Shown here in pieces: positions 36,175-39,388 of a DNA stretch of 39,388 bases (position 1 is the stretch's first letter; each line of letters opens with the position of its first letter). The notes under the pieces are model-generated. The model was not told where the DNA came from. It saw nothing but the letters and a program-made list of their open reading frames with translations, and made no database searches. Both the position numbers and the translations under genes were made by a program. The stretch is from an uncultured Candidatus Micrarchaeota archaeon. Its GTDB lineage: Archaea > Micrarchaeota > Micrarchaeia > Burarchaeales > Fermentimicrarchaeaceae. The DNA is taken from assembly GCA_963760615.1 (NCBI GenBank), contig CAVXDX010000011.1:1-39388 (forward strand), given 5' to 3'.

Positions 36175-37659
36175 TCATCCTCCATACCACGCCCAGGGGA
36201 CAAGGTTAAGCAGGAAGAAAAAAATCATAGTTATTGCAAGCGCTTTTATGAGTCTCTCATCCTTTAGAACAAGGGATACAATCCTGTATCCATCGAAAGG
36301 CGGAATAGGAAGCAGGTTGACGCTGCCGACAAGAAAGTTTAACACAAATGTCAAGCCTAGGAAGTTGTATAAAAACAAGAACCACCAGTTGCCGGGCTGG
36401 TATGATAATTCCCTTATCCACCCGGATAGACTGGCATCGCTGAATGAAATAACACCGACTTTCCCATTTTCGCCTGCTTTTAGTGAGAAAGAGCCGGCAT
36501 TTGTTACTATATGCACCGTGTCATTTTCTTTTGTGGAGTTGGATATTTTGGAGAAATCATCTAGGGTATGTATTTCGACTCCATTCCACTTTTCAATTAT
36601 CATGCCCGGCTTCAGCACTCCATACGCCGGGAAGCCAGGCGAGACATCAAAGACAAGGATATGCTGGTCAAGATATGAGGTGGGAGGCGGATATGATTTG
36701 AGCATCAGCAACAAATAGCCTAGGAAGAATATGAAAAATATAATTGATAATATCAGATTTGCTGATGAGCCAGCTACGAGAACATTCTTCTGCTTCTCTG
36801 GGTCGCTCTTCTGAAGCCGTTTCTCGTCAGGCTCAACAAAAGCACCTATTGGCAAGAAACCAAAAAGCACAAGCCCGCTGTTTTTCACCCTTATCTTCTC
36901 CACTCTGGCAAGAACTCCGTGTGATACTTCATGGAAGAAGAGTATGACTGCAAGAGCCAGTATACCCTCAAAAAACGGCAGGTTTATCCCGGGTATTATG
37001 GGAGCTGCACCTGGGGCTATTCCTGTGAGAGCTGCAGCATTCCCAGAAGGGCTGCCCAGAATAGAGAGAAGTTTCATGAAAATTCCGTAGATTATAATCA
37101 TGCCATAGCCAATAAGACTCATTACACCTGCAAGACAAAACCCCCCGAGAAGAAGTGAGAAGAATACTATGTAGTAGAGCAGAATTGATGTGAACTCAGA
37201 TGAGGGACTGGCAGCGCCAGAACTCTGCGGTATGGACACACGGAGAGGTAACTCAATTATGCTCATGGCAACTGGCAAAACAAAAGGCAAAACAAAAATT
37301 ATTGACAGCATGAGGATGAGCACCGAGAACTTGAATGTCTTCTGTTGAATTTTTTTGAACAGCAGCATTGAGCTAACTCCGAATCCCATCACCATGCCAA
37401 AATCAGCCAAGCTTCTCCAGAACCCTGGGCTCCACTCAGCCAGCCTGTCAAGCGATTTCTTTCCCCTTTCTGTTGCAAGTATGATTACGCCCTTCTCTGC
37501 ATTGAGTTTGAGCAGCTTCTCCAGCGACATGCCGCATAGGAAAAGGATAACTACGGAAATTACAAATTTCGCAATACCGTTTATGGGGCTTTCCACTACT
37601 TCATAGAAAGCAAAGATTGAAATTAGTGTGGTGAAAGCTGCAAGTAGTTTTTTTATCAT
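36175..37659 (-). CDS. Site-2 (M50) intramembrane metalloprotease with PDZ-like domain
   Basis: FFHEVSHG, GAFVEPD, AGSSANL, NLLPIPPFDG, with a PDZ-like PAYGVLKPG segment. Confidence 0.93.
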   Translation of the reverse strand: MIKKLLAAFTTLISIFAFYEVVESPINGIAKFVISVVILFLCGMSLEKLLKLNAEKGVIILATERGKKSLDRLAEWSPGFWRSLADFGMVMGFGVSSMLLFKKIQQKTFKFSVLILMLSIIFVLPFVLPVAMSIIELPLRVSIPQSSGAASPSSEFTSILLYYIVFFSLLLGGFCLAGVMSLIGYGMIIIYGIFMKLLSILGSPSGNAAALTGIAPGAAPIIPGINLPFFEGILALAVILFFHEVSHGVLARVEKIRVKNSGLVLFGFLPIGAFVEPDEKRLQKSDPEKQKNVLVAGSSANLILSIIFFIFFLGYLLLMLKSYPPPTSYLDQHILVFDVSPGFPAYGVLKPGMIIEKWNGVEIHTLDDFSKISNSTKENDTVHIVTNAGSFSLKAGENGKVGVISFSDASLSGWIRELSYQPGNWWFLFLYNFLGLTFVLNFLVGSVNLLPIPPFDGYRIVSLVLKDERLIKALAITMIFFFLLNLVPWAWYGG

Positions 37660-37715
37660 ATGTTCTAAATGTTTAGTAGAAAACCATTAAATATCTTTAA
37701 TCCCAAAGAAAACTC

Positions 37716-38159
37716 ATGGGAGAGTGCGAGATATGCGGAGCCGATGAGGCCGGCTTCTTCATACTTGTCGAGGGAGCGAAACTCCATGTCTGCTACAAGT
37801 GCGCAAAACACGGAAAGGTGCTCTCAGCTCCTGCCCCCACGCCCCAGAGAAGTTTATCTGTTAGCAGAGGTGAAAGTGAAAGGGATATAATTGCTGATTT
37901 CGGCAGGAAAATCAGGGAGGCAAGGGAGAAGATGAGGATAGAAAGGAAGGTGCTTGCCGAGCTGGTGAACGAGAAAGAGTCTTTCCTTGATAGGATAGAG
38001 GCGGAGAGGACAATCCCCAACGAGACGCTGGCTCTGAAGCTTGAAAAGGCGCTTGGGGTAAAACTTTTTGAGGAGATAAAGCACGAGCATGTGGACATAA
38101 GGAAGGACAAGAAGGGAGAACTTACTCTGGGAGACGTAGTCGTTGTTAAGAAAAAATAG
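37716..38159 (+). CDS. mbf1: Archaeal multiprotein bridging factor 1 (Zn ribbon + HTH)
   Basis: CEICG...[42 protein letters not shown]. Confidence 0.93.
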   Translation: MGECEICGADEAGFFILVEGAKLHVCYKCAKHGKVLSAPAPTPQRSLSVSRGESERDIIADFGRKIREAREKMRIERKVLAELVNEKESFLDRIEAERTIPNETLALKLEKALGVKLFEEIKHEHVDIRKDKKGELTLGDVVVVKKK

Positions 38160-38167
38160 ATGATGAG

Positions 38168-39196
38168 ATGGGTGTGGACCTCGGAGAGCTTGTCCAGAAG
38201 GGGGAGATAACCTTGGACGCTCTCAGTGGAAAAATCATTGCAATAGATGCTTACAATGCACTCTACCAGTTCCTCTCCATAATACGGCAGCCTGATGGCA
38301 CTCCTCTGATGGATTCAAAAGGCAGAATAACAAGCCATCTATCCGGAGTTTTCTACAGGACAGCAAAGCTCATCGAGGCTGGGGTGAAACCTGCTTACAT
38401 ATTCGACGGGGAGCCTCCAAAGCTGAAGAGGAGCGTGCTGGAAGGCAGGAGGGAAGTCAGGGAGACCGCAGAGCAGAAGTGGAAGGACGCGCTGAGCAGA
38501 GGTGAGCTCGCAGAGGCGAGGGTCCATGCGCAGGCATCCTCAAAGCTCAGCAAGGAAATGGTGGAGGATGCGAAGAAGCTTGTTGGACTCATGGGCCTGC
38601 CCGCCATTCAAGCGCCAGGAGAAGGTGAGGCTCAGGCTGCTGTGCTTGCAGATAAAGGTGTTGTTTATGCATGCGCATCCCAGGACTATGACGCCCTGCT
38701 TTTCGGGGCGCCTCGCCTTGTAAGGAATCTGACAATGAGCGGAAGGAGGAAGCTACCGAGAAAGGATGTCTATGTAGAGGTGAAAACCGAGCTTATAGAT
38801 TTGGAGAGAAGCCTTAAAGCGCTCGGGCTGGAGAGGAGGAAGCTGGTGTGGATTGGAATGCTTGTTGGAACAGACTTCAACAGCGGAGTGAAAGGCATAG
38901 GCCCCAAAAAAGCTCTGAAGCTTGTTTCTGAGAGCAATTCATTCGATGACGTTTTTGCGAAATTCAGGGAAGAGATGGATGCGGAGCCCTCTGAAGTTGA
39001 GAATATATTCCTCCACCCCATGGTTGAAGAGAAGTGCAGAATTGAGTTCAGAGATCCAGACAGGAGCGGAATTGTGGAATTCCTATGCAGGGAGCATGGA
39101 TTCTCGGAGGAGCGTGTTGCAAAAACTCTTGATGAAATGATTAGGATATCTTCTGAAAAGGTCAAGCAGAGCAGCCTTGAGAAGTGGTTTGATTAG
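38168..39196 (+). CDS. fen: Flap endonuclease 1
   Basis: [71 protein letters not shown]-terminal PIP box QSSLEKWF. Confidence 0.98.
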   Translation: MGVDLGELVQKGEITLDALSGKIIAIDAYNALYQFLSIIRQPDGTPLMDSKGRITSHLSGVFYRTAKLIEAGVKPAYIFDGEPPKLKRSVLEGRREVRETAEQKWKDALSRGELAEARVHAQASSKLSKEMVEDAKKLVGLMGLPAIQAPGEGEAQAAVLADKGVVYACASQDYDALLFGAPRLVRNLTMSGRRKLPRKDVYVEVKTELIDLERSLKALGLERRKLVWIGMLVGTDFNSGVKGIGPKKALKLVSESNSFDDVFAKFREEMDAEPSEVENIFLHPMVEEKCRIEFRDPDRSGIVEFLCREHGFSEERVAKTLDEMIRISSEKVKQSSLEKWFD

Positions 39197-39250
39197 CCTG
39201 CAAAAGAAGTTTAATATATATAGATATTACAAATGCATACTGGTGGAGCA

Positions 39251-39382
39251 ATGGCAGATTTGTATAGACATTTAGTTCTCCTCGTATGTTTCGCACTAGC
39301 TGCGCTATCCATATGGACCCTGAGGAACTACCCCGCTTACATGCCGGCATTGCTCGCTCCAGCAATGTGTTTGGTCCAGTAA
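39251..39382 (+). CDS. Possible small membrane protein (43 aa; 49 aa from ATG 39233)
   Basis: MADLYRHLVLLVCFALAALSIWTLRNYPAYMPALLAPAMCLVQ. Preceded by a TATA-like TTTAATATATA and GGTGGAG. Below the ORF-track cutoff. Confidence 0.3.
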   Translation: MADLYRHLVLLVCFALAALSIWTLRNYPAYMPALLAPAMCLVQ

Positions 39383-39388
39383 GTTAGA

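Noticed and set aside
6843-39165. Numerous 60-210 aa antisense or alternate-frame ORFs (e.g. 12785-13306, 19609-20085, 24811-25413, 35328-35954, 36248-36718)
   Set aside because: All are nested opposite or within well-supported genes and lack motifs or RBS, as expected for shadow ORFs.
1-39388. tRNA, rRNA, prophage/provirus or defence-system genes
   Set aside because: No cloverleaf or T-loop signature, rRNA-like segment, capsid, integrase, nuclease or methyltransferase motif was recognised by eye. tRNAscan-SE and Infernal would be needed to exclude small RNAs.

Overview
Archaeal chromosomal window. Likely DPANN, most plausibly Ca. Micrarchaeota. This is inferred from archaeal FEN1, aMBF1, SecDF and FtsZ, TATA/BRE promoters, GGTG/GGAGGTG ribosome-binding sites, and KK(A/G)Q class III signal-peptide proteins with CGDGxC-type motifs. 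The left ~23 kb is a cell-surface glycan locus. A secreted CARDB plus heparinase/alginate-lyase-like protein (1-1936, runs off the window and is absent from the ORF track) is divergent from a 1472-aa GT-C-like membrane fusion protein. Converging on it is a 15-gene minus-strand run: WbpD/E/B/A-like diacetamido-uronate pathway, GPT/AglH-like phosphoglycosyl transferase, BshC/WbqC-like putative amino-acid ligase, PIG-L deacetylase, DUF354, small membrane protein, polysaccharide deacetylase, four tandem FemAB-like GNATs, hexapeptide acyltransferase and flippase. Three of the four FemAB-like genes share a reticulate mosaic of nucleotide-identical blocks (up to 149 bp) between divergent segments. 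The best candidate for an undescribed system is a deacetylate-then-aminoacylate glycan-decoration pathway with recombining specificity paralogs; this is inference. The right half holds HAD-mtnA-class II aldolase, carbamate kinase, secF-secD, an NDP-sugar epimerase, an orphan helical protein, a giant pilin-signal adhesin and a small pilin-like gene, ftsZ, site-2 protease, mbf1 and fen. No rRNA, tRNA, CRISPR array, transposase, integrase or reverse transcriptase was seen. All family calls are from motif recognition by eye; no database search was run.
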